Shown here piece by piece: positions 11,780 through 24,240 of a stretch of DNA of 64,000 bases. Below the pieces are notes generated by a model. It did not search any database, was not told where the DNA came from, and saw nothing but the letters and a program-made list of their open reading frames with translations. Every line of letters starts with the position of its first letter. The stretch's first letter is position 1. The translations under genes were made by a program, and so were the position numbers. Source of the stretch: Isurus oxyrinchus (taxonomy: Eukaryota); assembly GCA_026770705.1 (NCBI GenBank), contig JANJGN010000035.1, forward strand, positions 13,516,001 through 13,580,000, written 5' to 3'.

Positions 11780-12190
11780 TACCCACAGGCTTTGGATTGT
11801 CAGCAACTGAAACAAGAACGGCGGATTTCCAACAATAAGGAACAGTATGAATGTCAAAGGTTCATCAAGGGCCCTTAGACAGCACCTTTCAAACGAACAA
11901 CAACTACAATCTAGAAGGACCAGTTCAACAGATAGACGGGAACACCAGCACCTGGGAATTTCCATCCAAGTCACTCATCACACTGAATTGGGAATATATC
12001 GCTGTTCCTTCACCGTCACTGGCTCAATATCATAGAACTCCCTCCCCAACAGCACTGTAGGTATAGCACTGTTCATTACAAGGGATGTAGCGGCTCAAGA
12101 ATGTAGGTAACCACCACCTATTCAAAGGGCAAATAGGGATGGGCAATAAATTCTGTCCAAGCCAGCGACGCCCACTTCCCGTTAATGACT
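11780..12190 (+). mobile_element. 3' fragment of an L2/CR1-group LINE
   Basis: Homologous to 23000-23400; tail gggcaaatagggatgggcaataaa…ccagcgacgcccac. Confidence 0.7.
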
Positions 12191-12549
12191 TAGAAGAAAT
12201 GATTTCTGAAAGGAGAGAGGGAAAGAAGTCCCCTCACGACGAGTACATTTCTTAAGAATGTGTCCACTGACCTGACCTGGACCACAAACTTTCTCTAGAC
12301 TCAATTGCTTCTCCAACGGCCATTTATTGATCGGAACACAACACCCATTCAAAATAAGGTAGTAAGGCCTAATGGACATTCAAATGTTTTTTTAATGCAT
12401 AATTTTTAAATCAAGTAAAGGAAAAAACAGTTTGATTATTTAGCAAAATGAGATGAATTATCGGTGATAAAATGTTGATCAAATATGGAACTTTTAGCAA
12501 TTATGGTTGTATTATTCGATGTGAAGCGTCCACGTGCTGTATGATTTGC

Positions 12550-13470
12550 CTTAAGACCATAAGGACATCAGAAATAGGAACAGGAGTTGGCCATTCGACC
12601 CTCAAACCTGCCCCGCCATTCCATAAGACAATGTCTTACCTGTCCCATGCCTCAGCTCCTCTATCGTGTCGGGTCCTCATGAACCCCAAATCCCTGTCTT
12701 TTCAAAAACCTATCTACATCCTCTTTCAATGGCCTCCACTGCTCTCTAAGGAGGATAATTGCAGACATTCACAGCTGTCTGAGAGAAGTGATTCCTTCAC
12801 ATCGCAGTTTCAATGAGTTTCCCCTTATTCTAAAACTGCGTTCCGTAGTTCAAGCTTCGCCCAATAATGGCAACATTTCCTCAGCACCTACCTGTTCAGG
12901 CCACTAAATGTATTTTACGTCTCAGTGAGTTAGCGCGTCATTCTGCCATACTCTAACGAACAACGGCCTAAACCTTTTAGCCGTTGTGAATATGTCATCC
13001 CCATCATCCGAGGAATCAACTGCATGAATCTCTGCTGAACTTCCTCTAATGCCTTTAAATGCTTTCTTGCATAGAGAGATCTAAACTCGACGCAGCACTC
13101 CAGGTGTGGCCTCACCAATACCATATTCAGTTGTGACAAGGCTTCACTTTAAAAAAAAATTCCAACCTCCTAGCAATACAGGCCAAAATTCCACTTGCCT
13201 TCTTAATTGCTGCACCGTCATGCTATTTTTTGTTTTTCCTGCACAAGAAAAAACAAATCCCTCCGTGCTGCACTTTTTTGGAGCCTCTGTTCATTTAAAT
13301 ATTACTATGTCTGTTGATTCTTCCTTCCAACGCACATGGTCTCAAACTTTGCAACCATAAGCTCCCTCTGCAAAGTTTTTGACAATTGACTCAACCTGTC
13401 TCTACCCACGTGCAGATTCCTGAAGTATTCATCGGAACATGCCTCTCTACTTACCTACTGTTGTCTCTAT
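12550..13470 (-). mobile_element. CR1 LINE 3' fragment
   Basis: ORF 12930-13139: LVRPHLECCVEFRSLY…ALEEVQQRFMQLIPRM…RLKGLGRCSLE; CR1 3' UTR at 12560-12620. Confidence 0.9.
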
Positions 13471-15009
13471 TGGCGTATCATTCACAAACTGAATTCCGTT
13501 TTTCACGTTACTCTTTGTCATCAATGTTTTCTGATTCTGAAATAATAAAAACAATTAGTTTTTCCTCCATTTCTATATTTAATAACATTCTAATATTGGG
13601 TTGATCATTTGGACTTATGATCATGCTAAATTGGATATAATATATTCAGAGAAGAATTCTAATCATTTCACCCTTTCACAGTAAAGAAGTTGAGTATTGA
13701 TGGAAAAGGAGCTTCATTTAAAAAAAAAACTATCTTTTTTTCATTAATATAACCCTTTAAGGTCACTACCTTTAATGTATGCCTTAATTTTCCTGACAAA
13801 TATCTCAACTCGTGTTGTCATATTATGTTTGCAGAAGGTGAATTTTCATAATAGCCCAAACATTATGCACTTTCTTGAAAAGTTTTGCAGTTGTTTTCTT
13901 CGATTTTAATAGAGGAGATACAACGACTTGTGAATTGAATCCAAAATCTCTGGTTGAAGCAGAGGCTTGAAAGAATCAGTGATAGAGCAACAACCTGGGC
14001 CCAGTGCATTTTCCCACAGTTGGTCTGTCGATACACAGTGATTTAAAGAGAATGTCCTTCAAAGCCAAGTCACAATGGCTCATGTCATCGAAAGAAATCT
14101 TTGGTGAATGTGGTGAGGGAGCAGTCAATTTCCATGACTGGTTTAATATCAACTCCGACTGCCTCTCCCCCGTACTGGCATTCAGTGGAATATATGTCAC
14201 AATAACCTGCATTTGATTCAAATCGAAGGACAGGTAGAAAGGGACAAGCAGGCAAGAACAGTAGGTCCATGTTAGCGAGACAAATGTGTTTCTTAAATTT
14301 AAAGTGCTTTCATCAATGTTAAATTAAAGACAATCGTCTCCAGCACCATCCTGGCGATGTATTTGTAGCAGTTAAGATTCTAGTCTGGCGAAACAGATCC
14401 ATTCCATAAATGATAATTTCGTTCTCTGGGATCTCTGAATTTCGCCAGCTTTCGGCTGAGGCAGAGCACACTTTATTCCCTGAATTCTGACAAATATCCT
14501 GCGCAAGTTCGATTCTCATCAGTTTAATTGTCACGTTTCTAAGGTTTTCCATCGCATTCATGCTCCTCATTGTGTCTGCTTGGAAACCAATTTTGGCCCC
14601 TCTTGCAAGGGAAGTCGAAGAGTTTTACGTCCAAAGCATCGGCTTGTGCAAATCCAAACAAGACATGGCAAGTCAGACTTGGTGAAATGGGGGCGGGAAT
14701 GGTGCAGTTTTAATCATCTCTCGGCCTCACCCGGCCTCGTCCTATCCCGGACAGTTTTTTTGCCATTCCACGGTGTGATCCCAACTCGGCAGCCCCGCTT
14801 ACCCCAGGCCTCGGCAGCGATGCTCACTGGCGCCCACCTGGGCCCTCTCGACTCCCCACACAGACAAATCAATCCAGAAACAGCCCCGAAGCCAAAATAA
14901 ATAGACCTAATTGATGAGCAGTGCAAAACCCGTGACGCCAGAAAATACTTAGCGCTGCAGAGTAAGGTACAAAGGCACTCAGATCTCCCTGCATGGCAGC
15001 ATTCTGACA

Positions 15010-16560
15010 CCTCTCTCCATATAAATATTACACAGTTTTTTTATATTCTTCAACCAAAGTGCCAAACCATTATTTCCCCAAATTTGCCCAATTTCTTCCA
15101 ATTCGCATAACTCCGTTCTAACCCTTAGCAGAATATCTGATTCCTACTCACGGCATTGCTTCTGCTCTCTCTTTGTACAATCAGAAAATTTGCCTAGATG
15201 ACAGTCGGTACCCTCATGCAAGTCATTGACATCGATACTGTAGAGTTGGAGATGTAGCACTGACCCTTGCAGAGTTTCTCTAGTTACAGCTTGCCAATCT
15301 GTAATTGACCCATTTATGTGGATGCTCACTTTCCTTTCAGTTAGACATTCCTCAATCCATGTTAACATCAATAGCTCATACATTCTGCAGCACCTTTTAT
15401 GTGACAACTTACTGGATGCCATTTTATCAGGCAAATGAACGACATCTGCACATACCCCTTTAGCAAGCCCTATTGTATTATCATCAAAAGACTGTATTAA
15501 TCTTCTCAAACACGATTTTCCCTTCACCAAACCATGTTGACTTTGGCGGACTGCAATGTGATTTTTTCTCAATTTCCTGCTAGCAATTACTAAAAAAAAA
15601 TCCTTCATTTTCGCAATGACTGATTTTATATTTACTGCCCTATAATTTCCTGCTTTCAATCTGATTGTTTTATGTAACAGTGGCGTTATGTTTGCAGCCT
15701 TCCAAAACCCTCAGACATTTGCAAATATTAGTGAATTCTCCGAGGCTGCAAAGAATTTACCGACTCTCTCAGCAGCCACTTCTTCAAAGACATGTGCAGG
15801 CTATCACTTCCATGGAAATTTCAGCCTGTAGTCCCATTATTTTCATAGTATTATTTAGTCTATTTCAGCTGATATTTCTACATTCCTCTCACCCTCATTC
15901 CCCCTGCTGTTCTCATTTTCCTGGGCTGACTTTACAGAGAAGACGTAAACGAAATAAGGTCTCTCAGTCTCTGCCGTTTCCACTTATTAACTTTGCAGTC
16001 TCACTCTCTGAAGGAACAGCGCTCATCATTGCTGCTGTTTTTCTTTTATGTATACTTGCAGAAGCTTTTGGTGATTATTTTACATTATCTTTCGTTATTG
16101 CATTGCTCGTATTTGATATTGATGCAAAGTGCTCAGGTGAGAGCAAGACAAACAGATTCGACATGTCTATTTTTTCGGCAATCCTCTTGTTTCATATTTC
16201 TCGCTGTTTTCTTTATTTCTCAAAACCCAATTTCTACCTGTCCATTAGGCTCCTTCGCTCCTACCTAATACCGTTCCAAATCTCTGGACTTCCACAAATT
16301 TTTGCAGCATCTTACATTGAGTGGATGCCATCCATAACGTCCCACCTTACCCAAGGGTGGCAAACCTTCGTGTAGTGCCTTTATTCCTCAATGCAATATG
16401 TTCCTGATAAAGGTTGTGATAAATCTATTTAAGTGCAGCCATTTCTTCTCTGATGTATTACATTTAAATTTTAGCCATTTTTGCAAAGTCTGTTTTCATA
16501 AACTATTAATGGCTCTCACTTGTGTCTAAGGCACTAATTGGAGGGAGGATCTTCAAACGT
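15010..16560 (-). mobile_element. CR1 LINE RT-domain fragment
   Basis: ORF 15144-15659: GNYRAVN…SQHGLVKGKSCL…DVVHL…WIEECL…QGSVL…VNDL…KFSDCTK (decayed RT motifs). Confidence 0.9.
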
Positions 16561-18524
16561 TTAAATGGATTGTGTATTGAGGAATTACAGGGGGAGACAA
16601 AGAAAACAGGACCTCCAAAAATCAGAAACAACTCTTGTTAAAAAAAAAGAAATGCATCCGTGCTGAGCATTTCTCTCTGCAGAAAGACAATAACAAGAGT
16701 TCAAAAGGCTTTCAACACTCTGATACGAATAGCACACTACAGTTTTAGTGTTGTGGTTTGCTGCTCAAAACAATTTTTCATATTAATTCGAGGGAAGTAA
16801 AGTTGAAATTGCACATGGACATGTTTATTATTCTAACGAATGTTTAAGACCGCAAGAGAGAGCAAATGTTCCTCAGTTGCTTCCTATTTTCACATTCCCC
16901 TCTGCTTATTTGACGAGTCAATAGGGCTATCTCAGTTTAGATATGAATCAGCAATATGCGTCTGCACGTCCGCAGAAATATGTTAGCAGGTCCATACCTT
17001 AGCATTAGAATACTATCCGCACGTTGACAATGGCAACAAAACCACAGCCAGTACTTTCAAAAAGCTGCACATCTTTCTTTGCAGGGAGTGAACATGAGAA
17101 TAGGTTGTGGGGCATTGAACATTAACCCCCTATCTCCAAACCACCCCTGCTCTATCTGTAGCATTCATTAAATTATTTAACATAAATATCCAGATTTTGA
17201 AGTCCACAGCTCGAAGCCTGACGGCATTTGAGGGTAATCCAAGAAAAACAACAGCACAGGAGCAGACCATTAGTTCAGTTAATCCTGTGTCCAGATTAAC
17301 ATCACAGTTTGTTACATAATTAAGGCCCGAAATGTACACGCCTTTGCTGTATTGGTGCCGGGGTGCTGATCACCGGAACTCCGGAATTATTTACAAGGTT
17401 TTGAACCAATTGTGGGATGGGTTGCCCGCACGATTATAAGTCGAGACTCCGAACAATCAGCTTCTGCTTCAGATCATTATGGCCCCGGGCACATAACAAT
17501 TTATAATTACATTCTTCTGACTTTTTGCTCTCCCTTACCTCTCCTCGGGATCTATAACCAGATTGTGAAGATCGTGCTCAGAGTTTGTGTTTACACAGGG
17601 TTCATCTACGTGGCAAAGATTGGCCATAAGCTTTTTTGTTTGGTGAAGAATGCGATAAGTCAGACCCCCCATTTTTACCCGATTCTGCACGAATAGAAAA
17701 TCACTAGATTACTAAGAATGTCCACGCCATTCATAAATTCTCGCACGGAAATTGAAGTCCCCCCATGGCTCATTGGGGATTTCAGTTACGGCTTCTGAAA
17801 TGTTATGAAAATGAAAAGCATGTTATGGCATATGGGCACCACAGCGACCAAGGTTGAGGTGAGGTGGGCTCTGAATCTGCTCTCATGCACCGAGATGTGG
17901 CGTTCCATGGTTCTCCTCGGGCTTCACTGGGTTCATTTCAACGGGTATCAAAGTGCCAACCATATTGCCATATGTGCCTATATTCACATGGCGCCAGGCC
18001 AGGTCAGGTGACAGAATTTCATTCCCTCAATAAAGCATCATTGAATTAGATGATTTTGTTTTTCCTAAATTCAATCAAAGGCTTTTAGACGAACTTTTTA
18101 ACCCCTTGGATTCTTCATTGAATTTAGATTGCACCTGCTTCCTAGGTGGAGTTGCAAGCCATTCTGCGGGCACTTTAGGCTTACCAGGGCAGTGACTTGA
18201 ACACCCCAGGAAAGATGGCACTTTATGGAGTGCAAATCATGGATTTTTCTTTTCTCTATTCACCACATGCCACTTCAGTCCTTAAATGGTCCGGCGGATA
18301 TACAACTTCAGTCCTACACCAGCGCCTTCTTGATTTAGGCTTCCCCTGATCTGTCCCAGCGGGCCTTGCCCTTGACTCAAGAAAACATAGAAGGACTAAT
18401 ATGAAATGAATGCAGGAGGATGAATAAATTATTGGATGCTTGCAGCCAGAACTGTCCGCTTTGCAATCAGTGCAGCCCTGAAACAGGCCAACACATGCAG
18501 AAATTCCTGGAGAAATGATTTGTG

Positions 18525-21050
18525 GAGTCATAGAGTTATTCAGCACAGAATAAGGCCCTTCTGACGCTCCTGTTCCTGTCGGTCATCACACGTCTATGCA
18601 CCCTAATCACATTACCAAGCAATTGGCCATGTGTCCCTGTATGTTATGGCGTTCCAAGTACTCATCTAAATACTTCTTAAATGTGCTGAATGTCCATGCC
18701 TCTACCACCCATTCAAGTAGTGTGTTCCAGAGACCCACAGCCCTCTGGGTGATCTTCTTCAAATCCCTTCCAAACCTGCGGCCTAGTATTTTAAAACTAT
18801 GTCCCTTATTTGACAACAAAGCCAGTGGGAAATCTCTTCTTATTTACCCTAACTGTAACGCTCATAACTTCGTATATCTCTATCAGGCCGCACTTCAGCC
18901 TTCTCTGCTCGAAGAGCAGCCTGCCCAGTCTCTCTTCTAATCTGCTACCCTGAAGCTCAGGCAACATCCTAGGGAATTTCCTCTGCATCCAGTGTAATCT
19001 CATCCTTCCAATTATGTCGTAACCAAAGCTGCACACAGTACTCTTGCTGTGGCCTAACTTGCACTTTATACTGCTCCAATATAATCTTTCTGCTCTTATA
19101 TTCTATGCCTCGGCTAATAAATTCAAGTATCCCATAGGCTTTGTTAAGATCCTTTGTTAAGTGTGCGGCTGCTGTCAGTGAAATATGGACTTGTCTACCG
19201 TATCCCTCTGATACTGTGTACATCCTAGGGACTTACTATTTCCTTTGCAGTCCCTTGTCATGTTAGTCCTGCCAAAATACATCACCTTACACTTCTCAGG
19301 ATTAAATTCCATTTTACACTGCTCCATTCACCTTACCATCCCATCTATATTGCCGTGTGTCCTAAAACTTTCCCACTCACATTTTTTCCAGCACCAAATC
19401 TCGTGTGACGGGCGAAACTACTGATCATGCCTCTTATATTCAAGTCTAAGTCATTAAAGTAAACTACAAAAAGCAATTGTCCCAGCACCGATCCCTTATG
19501 AACATCATTCATCACATCTTAAATCTGCAAAAAACAACCTTTCAACATTACCCTCTGCCTTCTGCCACACAGCCAAATTTGTATCCAATTTGAAAGGCTG
19601 TCCTTGATCCAATAGGCTCTGACCTTCTTGACCATTCTGCCATGTGGTTGATTGTCAACAGTCTTACTGAAGTCATGTGAACTTCATCAACGCTGCCGAC
19701 ATAATGGACTCACCTAGTCGGCTCCTGGAAGCATTCAAGCAAATTTGTTGGACATGATATCCCCATAACAAAGCCATTATGACGATCCATAATTAAGCCC
19801 TGCCTATATAAGTGGAGATTAATCCTGTCATTCAGAATTTTTGAACAATAGTTTCTTGAACACTGATGTTCGACTAACTGGCCTGCAATTACATGCCTGT
19901 GCCGTTCTACCTCCTGGAATACTGGTTCCACCCTCGCTGTCCTTCAGTCATGTGCAACTCTCCTGTAGTCAGAAAGGATTTTAAAATTAGTGTCAGGGCC
20001 CCTACCATCAGCTTACGTATTTTCCCTTATCCAACAATTATCCCTTGACATCCAGGGATCCCCGGAGTTGCTGGCTCGACCCTTCAGCTTTATGTGCACT
20101 TGTTGTTCCTGAACTCTCACTATTTCCTTTTGAGTGCCTCTCCTACTGTTCTGATGTAGGCATTCGGACAAGTAGCTGCTCACATTCCTGTTTGGCCAGA
20201 TCCTGTCTTATCTTTTTTACATCGGCCTTTCCCCAATACAGGACATTCATTTCTCGCCCTTCTTTGTCCTTTTCCATAACTACTTTGAATCTGAATTTGT
20301 TATGGTGACTATCGCCGAAATTCCAACCCCCAATCCGCTTCACCCCTCCCTTCTGAAAACATCTACTACCATTTGCTTGGCTTCATGCCCTATGATTAGG
20401 TAGAGTACACGCCCCTTCTCTTGTAGGCCTTTCTACGTGTTGGCTCAGGACACTTTTGTGGGTGCACTTTAAGAATTCCACCCCCTCTAATAAGCCTTTC
20501 ACAATAAGAGTTTCCGAGTTAATATTGGGGACCTTGAAACTCCTTGCTATTATGATCCAATTATCATTACAATTCTGTAAGATTTGCCTACTTACCTACT
20601 GCTCTATCTCTCACTGACTGCTCAGAGGCCTAACGCACATTCACAGCAAAATATTTTCCCAGTTTACGTTTTTAATTTCTGCACATGTGACATGATTAGA
20701 GGAAACTTCTCTGATACCAGCCCGCTTCACTAAAGCAATTGTCTCCTTGGTCAATAACACAATGCCAACTATTCTTTTACACCCAGCACACCACTCCCAC
20801 CGTCACATCTGAAGAATCTATGTCCTGGAAAATTGAGCTGCCAGACCGTCCTGCCCTTTCCTCATCAACGGCCCTGTGAGAGCTAAAATATCCTATTCCC
20901 AAATGTTAATCAGGGCCCCCAATTAATTTGCTTTACTTGTAAGAAGCCTTGTGTTAAAATAGATGCTACCCGGCCTTGCATTAATCACTTCTGCTTTACT
21001 GGGTCTATATCTGGCCTTCCAAATTGACTTGGTTCCTCCTCTATGTGAGG
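18525..21050 (-). mobile_element. Long decayed CR1 LINE
   Basis: ORFs: KAYGILEFISRGIEYKSR…YKVQVRPQQEYCVQLW; TQRAVGLWNTLLEWVVEA…FKKYLD; HNGFVMGISCPTNLLECF; FGDSHHNKFRFKVVMEKD. Confidence 0.92.
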
Positions 21051-21339
21051 GTGTGCATGACCTCCGACTGTACTTCCCATCTGCATCCCATAATCCTGCA
21101 TCCCATGTCGCCAGAACTAATCTAAATTAGCAAATACATGGAAGAAGTAAAAGGCATCCTCTTGATGGAAAACAGCTAAACATAGATGAATAGGGGAACC
21201 CCAACTGCCATTGCTGCAACTGAGGCTGCGCACTGGAATTTCCCACCTCCTTCCCCTGTCCCCATCCAATCCCATGAAGTCAGTGCAAATATTACTAAGC
21301 CGCCAACCCCCAACACTGGTAGCAAAGTGGTACAACGCT

Positions 21340-21625
21340 TGAGTAATGTAGCAGTGTAATGCTTTGGGGGCTCTGGAGTCAGAACAGATGGTTTAACTTT
21401 AAAACATATCTCATGATGACCATGAAACCATGGCCGATTTTCATTGAAAGCCCATCTGATTCACCAATCTACATTAGGGAAGGAAATCTTCCGTCATTCC
21501 CTGGCCTGGTTTACATATGATTCCAGACCCAAAACCAAGACTAATTGTCTTCTGAAGAAGGGGCAATTAGGAATGGGCACTGAGTGCTGGCCTGCCCAGT
21601 GACACTCATGTCCCATGATCAAATT
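21340..21625 (+). mobile_element. tRNA-derived SINE copy
   Basis: atgatgaccatgaaacc…cccatctgattcac…tagggaaggaaatc…gggcaattaggaatgggca…tgctggcc tail; paralog at ~42170-42460. Confidence 0.75.
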
Positions 21626-21959
21626 AGGAAAGATCATCGTGAGTTTTAAATAGCTGAAAAAGTCGTCACTTTTCTGATTAAGTGTAATTTGACTTCAACC
21701 ACAGTGGGATTGAGACAATCTGCAAAATAACATTGCTCTAAAACTTAATGTTCTATTGGAGTGCAATCCTTGAATTGATAGTTGCTTTAGCATTTTTGGA
21801 GCGATATTTATTTGGATTTCTTTGAAGTATTATTTTTTTTAAATTGTGCTCTTTTGTGTGGTTAATTTTCCGAGAATGGGGCCAATATGGAGCTGCATAC
21901 AGAACTGGTAGCGCCCTTATTCAGAAAATAGGGGGTGAAACCCAGGATCATTTTTATAC

Positions 21960-22085
21960 AATAAACAAAATAAAGTAGATGTTGAAAATCTGAAACAAAA
22001 AGAGGAAATGCTGAAAAATCTCAGCAGGTCAAATAGCATCGCTGAAGAATAAAACAGAGTTTACCTATCTGATCATCGTGACATA
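21960..22085 (-). mobile_element. Penelope-like terminal-repeat fragment
   Basis: aaatctgaaacaaaaa…aatgctgaaaaatctcagcaggtc…gcatc…aaacagagtt, same family as 52830-53064. Confidence 0.6.
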
Positions 22086-22539
22086 TCTGATGTTCCATTG
22101 GCCCGAACGTTTGCTGTGTGGATACAGGACAATATTTGACATCGCTGCTGAAATATAACTTGTTTTTCAAAGTTCAAAGTCTACTTGAATGCGATAAATG
22201 CAACTGAAAAGGTATTGGAATTTCTCATCTGCTGGTGAAGGTGTTCAAAATGAAACTCTTTTCATGCAGAATAGATTTCATGCCACCAATTGAAATCCAA
22301 CTCTGATCTGCCTATCCCCTGTGTGTGTTTGTTGTTCATAATTTACTTGATAAATGTGCACACTGAGACTCCACGTTGTGCCTCAATACTCCAACAACAG
22401 TCATAGAATGAATGCCAGGGAATATTCAGCTCAGACTACAGTATAAAATGCTTGCATTGGTTTTTTGGCTAACAATGTGTTTTCGGTTATGGAGTCCACT
22501 AACATCTGGTTCACATAAGGCATTTATTATTTTCCACGA

Positions 22540-23400
22540 GAGAGAAGCAGTCCATGTTGAAATACAGCAAAGTCCTGGACAGGACCTGTGGCTGGGTGAC
22601 AAGTGGCAAATAACTTTTGCACCAGACATGTATCAGGGAATAACCATCTCTAGCAAGAGATAATCCAAACATCGCCCCTTGACATTCAATCACATTACTT
22701 TCACTGAATCCCTCATTATCAACATTACGGGGGCTACCATTGATCAGAAAATGACCTGCACGAACCATATAAACAGAGTGGTCACTAGAGCAGTTCAGAG
22801 GCTAGAATTCCTGTGGCGAGAAATCCACCCCCTGACTCCCCTGTCCACTGTCTACAAGGCACAATTCAGGACGGCGATGGAATTCTCTCCACTTGCTTGG
22901 TGGGATGCATTTCTCACAATTCACAAAAGGATTGACACCAACCAGGTAAAAGCAGAAACTTGATTGACACCCCAACAATAAACACACACTCCCTCCATGA
23001 CCGACGCATATTAGCAGCCAGCAGTGTACAATCCAGAATTTATCAAGGTTCCATCGACAGCACATTGCAATCCCACAAGCACTACCAGATAGAAGGACAA
23101 TGCAGCAGATAGTTTAGCACACCACTACGTGGAAGACAACCCCACATATACACGCAACCACCTCCCTTTCATCCCTGGGAAATCACCACCTTGAATTGGA
23201 AAATTATTGGCAGTCCCTTCACTGTGTTTGGGTCAAAATACTGGAGCTCCCTCCCTAACAGCACTGTAGGTGCACCTACACCAGTTGGGCTGCAGCTCTT
23301 CATGAAGATAGCTCACCTTCACCTTCTCAAGGTGTAATGACTGATCAGCAATAAATGCTGGCCCAGCCAGCTAAGCCTACAACATGCGAATGATTTTTTA
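22540..23400 (+). mobile_element. L2/CR1-group LINE 3' fragment (RT C-terminus plus 3' UTR)
   Basis: DKWQITFAP…ITISSKR; TFNHIT…INITGATIDQK…HINRVVTRAVQRL…LSTVYKAQFRTAMEFSPLAW. Confidence 0.88.
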
Positions 23401-23974
23401 AAAAAATGTGTCTGTATTTCTATCCCTGGTAGTTCGATCATATCTGTGTTTCTAGTCCGATGTGAACTGATCCACTTGTTTGTTGCTGATCTCTTGTTTT
23501 GTTACTCAGATGTGTGGAACTATTTGCACCGTAATTTTTTTTTCTGTTTCGCAAAGATAGGGAACTCTCCCATTCTTTTTTTTTTTCTCAAAGCACTAAT
23601 CCGTCAACTTGCGTGGAAAGCAATGTGAAATTCGAGCAATATCATCACTTCAGTGTGTTCAAACAGAATAACCCAACATATTCACAGTGAAAAGTTTTCA
23701 TTTAATACAATGTGCCATATAATAGCGTGCATTTAAAATGTTCAGTCGTAATTCTAATTGCAGCAAATGCAATTTAATTTAAGGGGAGAGAAATTCCTGA
23801 GGATTTGATGGAATGTAAACTTAAATATACACTGGGGAACATGAACTGTTCTTATAGTTTAACAGAAATGAACCTTCACAGCAAAGGGACTTGAGATTCT
23901 CGGACGAATGTGAAACTGAAGGCAAGAGGTCACAAAACAAATAAGATGGTGATCAATTGGAGGGCATCTTTTAA

Positions 23975-24240
23975 AAAATCGTTCATAAATTGTGGGCTAG
24001 GCCAGCATTTATTGTCAATCCGTAATTGCTGTTGTTCAAAGGGCATTTGAGTGTTAGCTATTGTTGTTCATCTGAATTCACATGTAGGCCAGAAAATGTA
24101 AAGGGATTTTTTCACGGACGGTTTCGTGGTCAGCAGCACATGATTGGCTCTAGCTTTTTAATTTTGCAATCGAAATCCTGTATTTGCTATTGGAAGACTG
24201 GTTCCCATGACATTAACTCTGGATCCTAGATGTATTTTAC
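23975..24240 (-). mobile_element. tRNA-derived SINE copy (decayed)
   Basis: tgtgggctaggccagcatttattg…gggcattt…cacatgtaggccag, reverse complement of the SINE tail and body. Confidence 0.6.

Noticed and set aside
13470-15010. A 1.5-kb insertion splitting a single CR1 element
   Set aside because: The flanking CR1 fragments overlap in element coordinates (13280-13470 corresponds to 15010-15200), so they are separate copies
15665-16375. 236-aa hydrophobic ORF
   Set aside because: Antisense to a decayed CR1 ORF2; no recognisable domain
23880-23940. agggacttga…cctggac (also ~44330) as another minus-strand tRNA-Lys relic
   Set aside because: Context is better explained by CR1 ORF2 (QMQFN…RDLG…LKA) on the plus strand
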